Part shown: positions 14,720 to 27,394 of the stretch, piece by piece
Numbering within the stretch: the stretch's first letter is position 1
Layout: each line of letters begins with the position of its first letter
Origin: Octopus vulgaris
Lineage: Eukaryota
Direction of reading: 5' to 3'
Length of the DNA: 64,000 bases
Assembly (NCBI GenBank): GCA_951406725.2
Contig: OX597837.1
Location: 39,804,001 to 39,868,000 of the forward strand
Translations under genes and position numbers: made by a program
Notes under the pieces: generated by a model
The model's input: only the letters and a program-made list of their open reading frames with translations
Database searches by the model: none
What the model was told of the DNA's origin: nothing

Positions 14720-14945
14720 AATTTTACCGGTGAGTGTGTTACATTATAAGGCACAAAGAAAATGACTCTCCCCAGACACAACAGTATATATATATATATA
14801 TATATATATATACTGTTGTGTCTGGGGAGAGTCATTTTCTTTTTGTGTCTTATAATGTAACACACTCACCGGTAAAATTTCCACTTATTTCTTATTTTTA
14901 TTTTCCTAAAATTTTCGTTGCGTCTTGCAACCTTTTCATGAGTAT
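14720..14945 (-). mobile_element. PLE-like tail duplicated as a palindrome around (TA)n
   Basis: ~65-bp arms 14720-14784 / 14813-14879 flank (TA)n; degenerate HHR-like fold at ~14901-14943 on -; the same tail recurs at ~41605-41670. Confidence 0.6.
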
Positions 14946-15000
14946 TGACCGTTATTTACACTGCGTTCCCTTTTGTTTGTTTGTGCGCATGTGTGTGGGT

Positions 15001-15061
<61 letters not shown>

Positions 15062-15254
15062 TGTGTGTGTGCCTATGCATGCATGTACACATGTATGCGT
15101 GTATGCATGTATGCATGTGTATGTATGTATATATGTTTGTGTATGCATAGTATACACATAGGCTATAGTAGAAGACACTTGCCCAAGGTGCCACGCAGTG
15201 CGACTGAATCCGGGACCATGTGGTTCGTAAGCAGGCTACTTACTCCTACGCCTG

Positions 15255-15362
<108 letters not shown>

Positions 15363-15979
15363 TGTATGTATATATGTATGTGGCATTATACCCATCTTTG
15401 CTTAGATATTTGTGTTTTTGAATTCACACAAGTTTTGAAGTCATGTCTACATCATCGAGATATTTATCTCTCTGCCATTTATTCTATGATGACAGGTCTA
15501 TTGAAATGGCTTCATTAGAAACTTGATTTGTCCGGTTCTTGAAAAGTCATCGCTGCGAACAGAAGCGTCTGTACCAACAGAAACTAATATCGAAGAATCC
15601 AAAGCTATGTTATTGAAGGATACTCTTTTGAAATATCGGAAAAAATGTAAATAACAGTATTGTTAATATTTCTATGAAATATCATCTCACTAGGGTAAAT
15701 AATAATTTTATTAAGTATTCACAAAGGAAACGTATTCCGCTGTACTTCGATATGTTCTTTCTCTTGGCTGTTCCGTCAGCCGTAATCTAATCGAGAACGT
15801 TCTCGGAAGCAGGAGAATTATTTTGCGTGTGGTTAAAAAGCTTGCTTTTCCGACTACGTGGTCTTGGATTCAGTCCCACTATGCAGCAAATATCTTCTAC
15901 TACAGTCCCGGGGCGACTCGAACAAAGCTTTGTGATTGGATGTGGGAAACAGAAATTAAATAAAACCAGTCGTATATAT

Positions 15980-16010
<31 letters not shown>

Positions 16011-16013
16011 CAT

Positions 16014-16054
<41 letters not shown>

Positions 16055-16111
16055 CATATATATATGCATATATATATATATATACACATACATATATATA
16101 TGCATACATAC

Positions 16112-16183
<72 letters not shown>

Positions 16184-16400
16184 TAATAATAAAGGGTAAA
16201 AATTAATTAATAAATTAATAATTAATAATTTTACCAAGTTGTTCGGTATGTTAAAAGAACCGTTATCGGTAGCCTCATACAAAAATTCTGTAATTATAAG
16301 CATAATTATAATTAGGGTTCAGCAAATGGCTTCCCTACATACCGAAATTTAGAAATAGCAGTTAAATACTATGCCTCTGCCATAAGATATCTCCCATATA

Positions 16401-17415
16401 TAGGGTGCCATTCTATATTTTTAATTTGGGCGCATGCGTATTGTTTGTTTTTGATTTTGTCGTCTATATAAATATAGTAGGGTCAGTTGGGCACCGTCTG
16501 TGAGAAAAATACCACCATGACGCTATTCACTCTGCCAGAAATTTCGAAAGAACATGCTGTTCTGCTTGGCATTCGCACCGGAAGCTCCAATACAAACATT
16601 TCAAAGTGTTTGGGTGTCGATCTGAGAACAGTGCAATCTGAGGACATGTACCGAGAGTGATTTAAAAATCAAACACCCAGTCAACATTATGGTATTTGGA
16701 GTGATCGTTAATGATGGCGACGTTATGCCTTTATTCATCTTCCCATACGGCCTCGCACGGAGGCCTACATCAAGTACCTGGAGGAGGTAGTGTTGTCCTG
16801 GGTGAAGAGGGTGGCTGCTGGAAGACCTTGTGTCTGGCAACAGGACTCTGTACCATGCCACGCAAACAAGAGAACCCTGTCATGGCTCTCAAACAATTTC
16901 TGCGACCACAACACCTATAACATCTGACCACCAAACTCCCCAGACTGCAAGCCCCTTGATTGTTATGTGTGGGGCGCAGAAGAGCGAGAGACCAACAAAA
17001 CTCTTTGTAACACCAAAGAAGAACTGACGGCAAGCGTTATGGTAGCGTTCACCAACTTAGACAAGGAGATCATCCAGAAGAATTGTAGGAGATCCTGAAG
17101 TCGTCTGGAGGCCGTGGTTGAAGCCAATGGCGATTTTATTGAATAAATTTACTCTTTAATATATCAAGATATTTTTATGTAATTTTAGTAAATAAGTTTC
17201 GTAATAATTGGACAAATCTTAAATGCAAGTAACAAGAACTGGATCAAGTACTTATAAGTTTGACCTAGCGCACAGAATCTTGTAAATTATAAATAAAGTC
17301 GATCGCATCGACCCCAGTGCTCAACTGGTACAAATTTTACCGACTGTTAAAATGACATGTCAGTGTTATTGCAATTTTTACGTAATTTAGATAACGATAT
17401 ATTCACCGCACCCTG
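16401..17415 (+). mobile_element. Decayed maT (DD37D) Tc1/mariner-superfamily transposon
   Basis: Ends TA|(T)AGGGTGC and GCACCCTG|TA; internally deleted transposase; foreign insert at ~17190-17345. Confidence 0.85.
16517..17146 (+). pseudogene. DD37D transposase pseudogene
   Basis: Manual translation KHPVNIMVFGVI...WQQDSVPCH...I*PPNSPDCKPLDCYVWG...RLEAVVEANGDFIE*. 37 residues lie between the second and third catalytic D; in-frame stops and deletions. Confidence 0.9.
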
Positions 17416-17436
17416 TACATATGTCTTCATACATAA

Positions 17437-17476
<40 letters not shown>

Positions 17477-17749
17477 ATGTTCCTTATGAATTCAAAAACT
17501 GAGTTGACAATTTTGACGTATGAGGTAATCAAAAGATTCAGTAATCTTTTAGCTGCAAGCATTACAGAAATTCTACATTATAATCTTTTTGGAATATGTG
17601 TGAGCGAGAGAAATATAGAGTGAGAAAAAGACAGAGAAGAGAGAGAGAAACAGAGAGAGAAAACAAGTTTCTATAGAAGATGAAAGACAGAGGGATAGCA
17701 TGAGAGAGAGAGGGAGAGAGGGATAGAGAGAGTGAGGGTTTGCGACTGT

Positions 17750-17985
17750 ACCTATTTCTTTATTACCCACAAGGGGCTAAACATAGAGGGGACAAACAAG
17801 GACAGACATAGGTATTAAGTCGATTACATCGACCCAGTGCATAACTGGTTCTTAATTTATCGACCCCGAAAGGATGAAAGGCAAAGTCAACCTCGGCGGA
17901 ATTTGAACTCAGAACGTAACGACAGACGAAATACCGCTAAGCATTTCATCCGGCGTGCTAACGCTTCTGCCAGCTCGCCGCCTTC
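17750..17985 (-). mobile_element. SINE B monomer with 15-bp TSD
   Basis: AGGGTTTGCGACTGT at 17735-17749 and 17986-18000. Confidence 0.92.
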
Positions 17986-18971
17986 AGGGTTTGCGACTGT
18001 TCCACCCAACAGTGAATCGCGCCGATTTTGAAAGAGTTTAGTTTAGTTGCGGCCTTGACATTGAACGAACAGCAGCATCCAAATAAAGGACCAACCGTTA
18101 TCGCAAATAGCTGATACGTGGTAGCAGGGCATGCTAGAAATAGCTGCCAAGTCTTTCGTTTTCTGTAGAAAGGAGCCGTTCATGCGTGATTTCGATGTCA
18201 CATTCATTGAAAGCATGTGAAATAACTTGGGAAAGAAAAAAGAACAAACCCTCGAAACAAAACTCCGTTGGTGGGAAACTCCGAGGTCCTCCTCCCAACC
18301 CCATTCCTTTCTTTTTCGGAAAAACTTTGCCTGGAGCGAGTTCGGACGTCAGATACGTTGTATACACTCGAAAAAACCTGTGGATAAAATCATTCCACAC
18401 CGAGGTACGAACGGGTCCTGTACGAAATATTTACCCACAACACTCAAATATATCTGAAAAAAAAAAAATGTTATTCTGGTTATTATAACAAATTTGGAAA
18501 ATTTGCAAAGTAGAAAACCTTAGCGGCTTTTTCGATATAATTACAGAAATATTATTCCAGTCCTTATAACCAGTTTGAAGATAATGCTTTTTTTAACAGT
18601 CCTAGCGTCCTCATCGTATTCCTGATATGCTGCTTTATCAGTGTGTGTATTCAACGCTGCGCGCCCTATTTATTAATATTTAATAACCAGTATTTATTCT
18701 ACAGCCTATAACCTTACACAGTTAAAATACCTAGTAATTAATGTCAGATTAATTTATGTCTTGCTACATACATCCTTCAGCAAATGTTTTAAATTAATTA
18801 ACGTTCACAACAGCAACTTATTCCTTTGTACACACTTCGTTCAGCGTTCTTTTAAAAAGTGTAAAATGATAAATTATTTTCGTATGAAAAATTGAATTAT
18901 GCCTTCTGAATTTTCTTGGAGTTGGACTTTCTTCAGCGTCACATTCAATCTTGAATTTTATATTTAGTTTT

Positions 18972-19274
18972 TTTGTTTGTTCCTCCTCGAGCCATACCTG
19001 GCTCATAGGGCCGGTTTCCCGGTTTCCTTGGCGTATAGGTTCCCCACCTGGACGGGACACAGGTCCGTCGCAGATGAGCTGCAAGATGCAGGAGGAAAGA
19101 GTGAGAGAAAGTTGTGGCGAAAGAGTCAGCAGAAGTTCGCCATTACCTTCTGCGGGAGCCACGTAGAGCTTAGGTGTTTCGCTCATAAACACACACATCT
19201 CCCGGTCTGAGATTCGAACCCACGATCCCTCGACCGTGAGTCCGCTGCTCTAACCACTAGGCCATGTACCTCCA
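18972..19274 (-). mobile_element. SINE A, full length, tail type 2
   Basis: tRNA-like head on - (GTGGAGGTACATGGCCTAGTGGTTAGAGC...GGTTCGAATCTC); tail ...GAAACCGGGAAACCGGCCC...AACAAAC. Confidence 0.88.
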
Positions 19275-19752
19275 CATAATATTTAGTACACGTTCCAAAT
19301 AAATGTTGACTTTTTGTGCTTTGTTACATTGGTGACGCATAGTAACTTTAGCTAAATTGGTGACTTTTCGACGATGGAATACTTCTGTGATGAACCTGTA
19401 ATGATGAAATCTGTAATGGGCCCGAGTGACGCTGATGACCTAGAGGCGCCTCTGATGTTGCGGGAAGGACCGTTTCAACGAAGCCGCGTCTTGTCCTTAA
19501 TTTCGAAATGCGGAGTAGACGAAACAGGGACAACTGAAGAAGGGGAATATTCCTTGTGTTGTATGTCTTGTACTCTGTTTTTTCGTTGTTTGAAAAAAAG
19601 TTCGTTTCCATGTTTTTGTTTTTATGTTTTCGTTTCTCATTGTTTTCGTTTCTCAACGTTTTTTTCGATGTCCTGTACCCATATATGCATGTATATATAC
19701 ATATAGATGTAGGTATGTACATATATGTATGTATATATACATATATATATTT

Positions 19753-20027
19753 GGAGGCGTAATGGCTCAGTGGTTAGGGTAACGGACTCGCGGTTTCGAT
19801 TACCAGATCGGGCATTGTGAGTGTTTATTGAGCGAAAACACCTAAAGCTCCACGAGGCTTTGGCAGAGGGTTATGGCGATCCCTGCTGTACTCTTTCGCC
19901 ACAGCTTTCTCCCACTCTTTCTTCTGTTGGCCTGCTCGCTTAGCCAGCGGGGTGGCGTCATTTGAAGGGTAAAACAATGCGAAGCGCATTGTGACCAGCG
20001 ATGTGTAGCAATATCTGATAGCCTGGT
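19753..20027 (+). mobile_element. SINE A, tail type 1
   Basis: Matches 660-965; flanked by TA-rich tracts. Confidence 0.88.
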
Positions 20028-20063
20028 ATTATTTATATTATATCATATTATATTATATTATAT

Positions 20064-20118
<55 letters not shown>

Positions 20119-20686
20119 TACGGGTGTCTCATAACGATGGGACATATATTACTCTCGTTAATAATAAACGTGTTTGTCTCAGCCCCTGTTGCTTTCGTTT
20201 CAAGTGTCTCCGGGTGGATGGCTCCGAGATAATAACAATAGCAACAACAACAACAACAACAACAACAGGCATAATTTTTAATTATTGTTTTTGCCCAAAC
20301 CATTTGTGATAATTACTTTAGCAAAATTGAAATTAGCTGATAACGTTAATAGAAATGATAATAGAGAATGATCAAAGTTTTCGAGAAGAGACCATTAATT
20401 AAGAACAGCACAATTAATGAAACAAATAATTTGCCATTAATTGAAATAGTGAAATTGAGTGTAGACAATTTGACTAGATTCTTGCAACATCCAATCAGTA
20501 TTTCACGCATATAATTACAAAGGCCGTGAATTGACAGAATCGGTGGAGCGTCGAATAAAACGTGTCGTGGTATGCAGTTTCTTTTTTTTTCCCGCCCTCT
20601 CATGTTTTGAGTTCGAAATCCCGCCTGAAGTTAATATTGCTTTTTTTGTGCTTTTTAGGTTGATTAAAAAAAACGTGGGCATATAT

Positions 20687-20919
20687 ATTTCTTTACTACC
20701 CCACAAGGGGCTACACACAGAGGGGACTAACAAGGATAGACAAACGGATTAAGTCGATTAGATCGACCCCAGTGCGTAACTGGTACTTAATTTATCGACC
20801 CCTGAAAGGATGAAAAGCAAAGTCGACCTCGGCGGAATATGATCTCAGAACGTAACTGCAGACGAAATACGGCTATGCATTTCGCCCGGCGTACTAACGT
20901 TTCTACCAGCTCGCCGCCT
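20687..20919 (-). mobile_element. SINE B monomer with 11-bp TSD
   Basis: GTGGGCATATA at 20675-20685 and 20920-20930. Confidence 0.88.
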
Positions 20920-20921
20920 GT

Positions 20922-21182
20922 GGGCATATAGCGTACTGGATAAAACCGCGGGCTATTAACCCTCGGATTCTAAGTTCAATCCTAGACAGGGACTCGGAAA
21001 ATAATATCAACAGAAAAATAACATCAGCGACATACCTTCGGAAGGAGAACAGTGTACCCCTTTAGTCAAATAAAGGGTTGGGTTCGAAATTCCACCAGAA
21101 CACCTGATTAAGGCTGGAGAGTACATCAGCTGAAATGTTGTGATAACAACAAACAAGATGAGGACACCTATCCGTCCATTAT
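20922..21182 (+). mobile_element. tRNA-headed SINE-like element with hammerhead motif (diverged copy)
   Basis: tRNA-like head 20922-20992, AAT-rich linker, then CAC-CTGATTA-A-GGCTG-loop-CAGCT-GAAA-TG-TT-GTG at 21101-21142; homologous to 59109-59476. Confidence 0.65.
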
Positions 21183-21441
21183 AAATAAGTTTCGTAATAA
21201 TTGGACACATCTTAAACGCAAGTAACAAGGACTGGATCAAGTACTTTTAAGTTTGAAGCAGGGCACAGAATCGACCCTAGTGCTCAACTGGTACTTATTT
21301 TACCGACTCCAGAATGATAAATGGTAAAGTCGACTTCGGCGGATTTTGAACTCAGGACGTAAAGACAAAAATGTTACTGAGCATTTCGCCCGGCGTGATA
21401 ACGTTTCTGCCAGCTCGCTACCTTTATCTGAATTGAATATT

Positions 21442-22000
21442 CTTTTCTACTCTAGGCACAAGGCCCGAAATTATTTTTGAGGATGGGCCAGTCGATTAGA
21501 TCGATCTGAGGACGAAGCTGGTACTTAATTTATCGACCCCGAAAGGATGAAAGGCGGAATTTGAACTCAAAATGTCAAGACTGAAGAAATACCTATTTCT
21601 TTACTACCCACAAGGGGCTAAACACAGAGAGGACAAACAAGGACAGACAAATGGATTAAGTCGATTATATCGACCCCAGTGCGTAACTGGTACTTATTTA
21701 ATCGACTCCGAGAGGATGAAAGGCAAAGTCGACCTCGGCGGAATTTGAACTCAGAACGTAACGGCAGACGAAATACCTATTCCTTCACTACCCATAAAGG
21801 GCTAAACACAGAGAGGACAAACAAGGACAGACAAACGGATTAAGTCAATTACATCGACCCCAGTGCGTAACTGGTTCTTAATTTCTCGACCCCGAAAAGA
21901 CGAAAGGCAAAGTCGACCTCGGCGGAATTTGAACTCAGAACGTAACGGCAGACGAAATACCGCTAATCATTTCGCCCGGCGTTTCTGCCAGCTCGCCACC
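21442..22000 (-). mobile_element. SINE B trimer
   Basis: Three units with junctions GAAATACCTATT at ~21586 and ~21771; flanked by the imperfect repeat TTTA(T/G)CT(G/A)AATTGAATATT (21423-21441, 22001-22019). Confidence 0.85.
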
Positions 22001-22459
22001 TTTAGCTAAATTGAATATTAAAAGTAATTGGGGTGATGAATGTTATTGAGCAAAGGGGCAAGTCCCAACCATCACAGAGAGAGTTTTAAAATCTATTTGA
22101 TTTATTACCTTTCATTTAAGTTGATCATATCTTCGTAAACGATATGTTATATTCTCATAAATTACGTAGTACTTCTCTATCGTAAACAAATAACCGAGCA
22201 TTCAAAAGCGACGTTCTGTCAGAAAACTAGTTACTCGGAAAACTAGAAATTATATATTAGCTCTTAATAGACGTTCAAGATATTTTCAATATAGTTTATC
22301 TGTTTCGGATAGATTGTCTGTTTAATATTGTACATTTATTCAATAAAAGAACAAGTGTTTAATATAATATGTGTGCTGTGTATATTTTTTCTGAAAATAT
22401 AAATAAACTGTCTGATTCAGTACTTTGTTCAATTTAAGTATAACTTATTCATATATGTA

Positions 22460-22619
22460 GGCGTTGGAGTGGCTGTGTGGTAAAGTAGCTTGCTTACGAA
22501 CCACATGGTTCCGGGTTCAGTCCCACTGCGTGAAACCTTGGCAAGTGTCTTCTACTATAGCCTCGGGCCGACCAAAGCTTTGTGAGTGGATATGGTTGAC
22601 AGAAACTGAAAGAAGCCCG

Positions 22620-22702
<83 letters not shown>

Positions 22703-22748
22703 TACATGTTTGTGTTTATTTGTGTGTGAAAGAGGCCTGTATATATAC

Positions 22749-22782
<34 letters not shown>

Positions 22783-22885
22783 CTGCCCACCCACCGCTTC
22801 ACAACCGGTTGTTGGTGTGTTTACGTCGTCGCAACTTAGCGATTCGGCAAAAGAGCCCAGTAGATTAAACACCAGGCTTCAAAAA

Positions 22886-22916
<31 letters not shown>

Positions 22917-23002
22917 AGTACTGGTGTAGATTCGTTCGACCAAAAGTAATTCAAGGCGATGCCCCAGCATGGCCGCAGTCTGAAACGAGTAATGGGTAAG
23001 AG
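22460..23002 (+). mobile_element. SINE C
   Basis: Head, CCTTGGCAAGTGTCTT core, expanded internal microsatellite and diverged 3' half. Confidence 0.85.
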
Positions 23003-23116
23003 ATGCCGTCAACTAGGACAGAGTTCTGAATAAATAGTAATTAGCTAATGAGTTTCATTATTTGTTGAAAAGGATTATTAAATGAGTATCGAAGTAGCTA
23101 TGTAGAAATGGAGGAT

Positions 23117-23524
23117 ACTCTTTTACTCTTTTAGTTGTTTCAGTCATTTGACTGTGGCCATGCTGGATAACCGCTTTTGGTCGAGCGAATCGACCCCATG
23201 ACTTATTCTTTGCAAGCCTAGTACTTATTTTATTGGTCACTTTTGCTGAACCGCTAATTTACGGGGACGTAAACGCACCAGCATCGGTTGTCAAGCGATG
23301 TTGGGAGGACAAACACACACGCACAAACACGCACATACATATATATATATACACATATATATGACGGGCTTCTTTCAGTTTCCGTCTACCAAATCCACTC
23401 GCAAGACTTTGGTCGGCCCGAGGCTATAGTGGAAGACACTTACCCAAAGTGCCACGCAGTGGGACTGAACCCGGAACCATGTTGTTCGTAAGCAAGCTAC
23501 TTACCACACAGCCACTCCTACGCC
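23117..23524 (-). mobile_element. SINE C, full length
   Basis: Reverse complement of the family consensus from the ACTCTTTT tail to the CCACTCCTACGCC head. Confidence 0.92.
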
Positions 23525-25000
23525 TATGTATAATGGGTTGTATAATGGTTTGAAGTTTTTTGCACATTGCCAGCAACGAGCAAACTCGACCAGATGTTTG
23601 TGAGTCTTCGTCAGTGAAGCTTAACTCCCACGTTTTGTTAAAGTACAAATAGAAATATCTACGTAGGTGTGGAGATATTTGGCGAAGAAAGCCGGTCTAT
23701 TTTCGTATCTTATTCAGACCTTTTCCTATTTCGTCTTTTGTTAAACAGATCGGGTCTGGTTTGTCTTTGATTCTTATTCCATCCTCAAACTATTGTACCC
23801 ACTTTATTTCCCTCCAATCGAATCGTTCACAACGTCACTCTTAAATAATTGACAACAACAGTTTTGATTCACCTATATACCCACACTTTATGTATGCGTC
23901 GAAGAACATAATATAAAATCTATGTACGCTACGCTTTAGCCGCTGATTGAATTTCTCTCTTCATTCTTCTCTAAACATTTCGTTTTATTTATGTAGTTTC
24001 ATCCAGTGTAGATATCTATTAATTTCCCCCTTGCCTTTTTACTTCGCTTCTACGATTCATTCCTTCTATTACACAGTCTGCACAGCTTTGTATTTTAATC
24101 TATATTCCCTTTTCTAATACGTCGTAGATCTTGTTTTTGACACTTTTGTTTAGACCGAAGAAAACCGACTCCTATCTTACTATTTTTTTTATTTCTTCCT
24201 AATTTATTTCTGCCTCCAATTTCCCGACTCTTCTATATAACACTATTTCTATTTTCATTTTGTTTATATTCAACGATCAATTTTTTTTTCTCTCTGATAA
24301 CTGGGGGCTCCACTCTACCAAAAAAAAAAAAAAGAAATCAATGTATTTATCGATACGATATCATATACAGCTATCTCTTTCAGTCTATCATTAACTTGTC
24401 GTACAGCCAAAACTAATCTAGTCTTTTCTATTCCCCTATAACGATCGTTATCTTTTCGAGTCATTGTTTCCCGATTCCCCCATTTTTTCCCTTAATCCAT
24501 TTATAGTCTTCCTCTCAACTATCTAATTCTGCTTGAGCCTCTAATCTGTATTCATTAGCAATAATCTCTCTTCTTTTTCTTTTTCTTTTTCTTTGTTTTT
24601 CTTCATTTTCTCTTTCTTTGACACTTTACCCCCTTCAAACTGTAGGTTGTTGTTGTTCGCCAAAACCAATACTCTTCTCCTTCCTCTGCTCTCTCTCTCT
24701 CTCTCTCTCGCTCTCACATCATCATCGTCGCCATCATCACAAGCAGCAGCACCACTAACTCCAGCAGCAGTAGCAGCAACGTCAGCATCATCATCACCAC
24801 CACAACCACAACCACAACCAGTACCACCATCTCCACCTGCACCAACAACTCCACCACCACCACTACCACTGTGAACGCCACCCTCCCCCTCTCCCTCCGC
24901 CCCCTCTCCCTCCGCTTTTCCTCCCCCTTCGCTCCTCCTGTCCCTCCCCTCCACCGCTCCCTCCCTCTTCCTGTCCCTCCCTCCTTCTCTCCCTCTCCTC

Positions 25001-25390
25001 CTAGTTAGCTAGGTAGCCATCAGCCCCTTTTGCTATCATTCCCAGGGCACCTATGACAGCAGGTATTGTTTTAGTCTTCAGGTTCCACATTTTGCTGATT
25101 TCTATTTCAAGATCTTTATATTTGCTCAGTTTCTGGTAGGTCTTGACAGATACGTTTATATCGATTGGGACAGTCATATCAATGAGGAGGCATGTTCTTT
25201 GTCTGACGTCTTTCAATATAATGTCTGGCCTATTCGGATCTATCTTCCTGTCAGTTTGAATGGTGAAGTTCCAGAGGAGTGAGATGTGGTCATTTTCAAG
25301 CACTGGGGGGTGGTTTATGTTCTCACAAGTTTTTAACTTGGGGCAGGTCCAAGCTTTTGCAAATTACGAAGTGAATATATTGCCGAATAT
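25001..25390 (-). pseudogene. R4/Dong-like non-LTR retrotransposon fragment, restriction-like endonuclease (REL) domain
   Basis: ORF 25001-25303: [21 protein letters not shown]...LIDMTVP...KLSKYKDL...IPAVIGALG, showing the RPD / D-x-x-P / K-x-x-KY signature of REL domains. Confidence 0.88.
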
Positions 25391-25426
25391 TTGTCACATA
25401 TTATATTTACACACACATATATATAC

Positions 25427-25521
<95 letters not shown>

Positions 25522-25551
25522 TATGTATGTATGTATGTATATATATATGTG

Positions 25552-25728
25552 TGTAAATATAATATGTGACAAATATTCGGTAGCCATGATAAAACTACGA
25601 GTTTCGGATGTCGGAGTTTTATCATGGCTACCGAATAATTGTCACATATTACATTTACAGATAAATTCCTCTATTTACATAATATTGAGGTCTCTTTCTT
25701 TCTTTTGTTGTCTTACCATTTCTATCAA
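25552..25728. mobile_element. PLE-like inverted pair with deleted HHR core, same family as 57003-57270
   Basis: Arms 25561-25595 / 25617-25650 are inverted; 25630-25728 matches the reverse complement of 57001-57100. Confidence 0.7.
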
Positions 25729-25754
25729 TATATATATATATACGTACATATACA

Positions 25755-25876
<122 letters not shown>

Positions 25877-25894
25877 TACATATATATTTACATG

Positions 25895-25957
<63 letters not shown>

Positions 25958-26035
25958 GTATAGACACAGATACATACATATATATACATATATGTGAAAG
26001 ATATAAAATTTTTTCTAAAGATAAATATATATATG

Positions 26036-26090
<55 letters not shown>

Positions 26091-26155
26091 ATATATATAT
26101 ATATATATATATATACATACATACATACATACATACATACACACACACACATATA

Positions 26156-26219
<64 letters not shown>

Positions 26220-26958
26220 TATATTTATCTTTAGAAAAATTTTATATCTTTCACATGCTTACACTCTCTTTGTTTCTTTTTCGTACCCTCTCTACACAAA
26301 ATGACTTGGAAGATTCTGAAGCACGCTGCCAAAAATACAGAAAATATATTTGACAATGAATAAAATAACACAGTTCACAGAAGAACAAAAAACGAAAGAA
26401 TAGTGATTAAATCATCCGTTAAAATAAGGCTTGACCATTTAAAAAACAAAGACAAACGAAAAAAAAACGAAGAAAAATCGGAAACAGTAATAATAATTTT
26501 ATAGCCAGAGACGTCAATTTTAAAAGCTCGAGCGAATAGACATGTTAACAACAACACCAACAACATTGACACATACGTTGTTTGTCAGACTGCAATATTT
26601 GCGTTATTTCTCATAGCCCCGACTCCCTTGCCAGCGAAGTAAACAGAAATATGTATAACAACTTTTTTGTGTGTAGAAAGAAGAAATGTAGTTGAGACAC
26701 CCTTCGTAGTCCAGCGACTCTATCTGACATACAGAAGCGACCAAAAAAGAAAAAAATTAAAGAAAAGAAAGAAACAAAAAATCCCCCTCTCTCTGACTTT
26801 TATTGACGCTGGCATGGCTGTGTAGTTAAGAAATTCGCTTTGCAACCATATGGTTTCGGGTTCAGTCCCATTGTACAGCACTTTGGGTAGGAGTCTTCTT
26901 CTATAGCCGCAAGCTTACCAGTCATGTGAGTGAATTTGATATAGCCTATCACACATAC

Positions 26959-27046
<88 letters not shown>

Positions 27047-27143
27047 AGGTGTGTGTGCGTGTATGTATACCTGGGCTAAATAAAATGAGACAACAAAGCC
27101 GAGGCAGCGTTAGATTTCTAGGACACTTATAAAGAGAAAGTTT

Positions 27144-27191
27144 ATCTTACAGCTGTTTCAGGGATATCAATGATATCCCGTCCTCAGAGAC
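27144..27191 (-). ncRNA. Minimal type I hammerhead ribozyme motif
   Basis: On -: GTCT-CTGAGGA-C-GGGATATC-ATT-GATATCCC-T-GAAA-CAGCTG-TA-AGAT. Perfect 8-bp stem II, palindromic stem III ACAGCTGT, GUA triplet. Confidence 0.8.
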
Positions 27192-27360
27192 GATATAAGA
27201 GAGTTAAATAGGAGTAAATAGCAGAGTTCAATATAAGAGGTTATTTTGGAAAGGGATAGGTATAAGAAGTATAAAGGGAAATATGAGAATAAAAATATAT
27301 TTATTGGATGTTACAGTTGTAATTCCATTATCGAAAGAATATGCTGTGTAGAATGGTATG

Positions 27361-27394
<34 letters not shown>

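Noticed and set aside
21442-22000. CRISPR-like appearance of regularly spaced repeats (also 39680-39950 and 59932-60681)
   Set aside because: The units are whole SINE copies or a degenerate minisatellite, not identical repeats with unique spacers; eukaryotic context and no cas genes.
24541-24954. Gly/Ala/Asp-rich ORF on - and Pro/Ser-rich ORF on +
   Set aside because: Low-complexity triplet sequence, open in several frames, with no recognisable domain.
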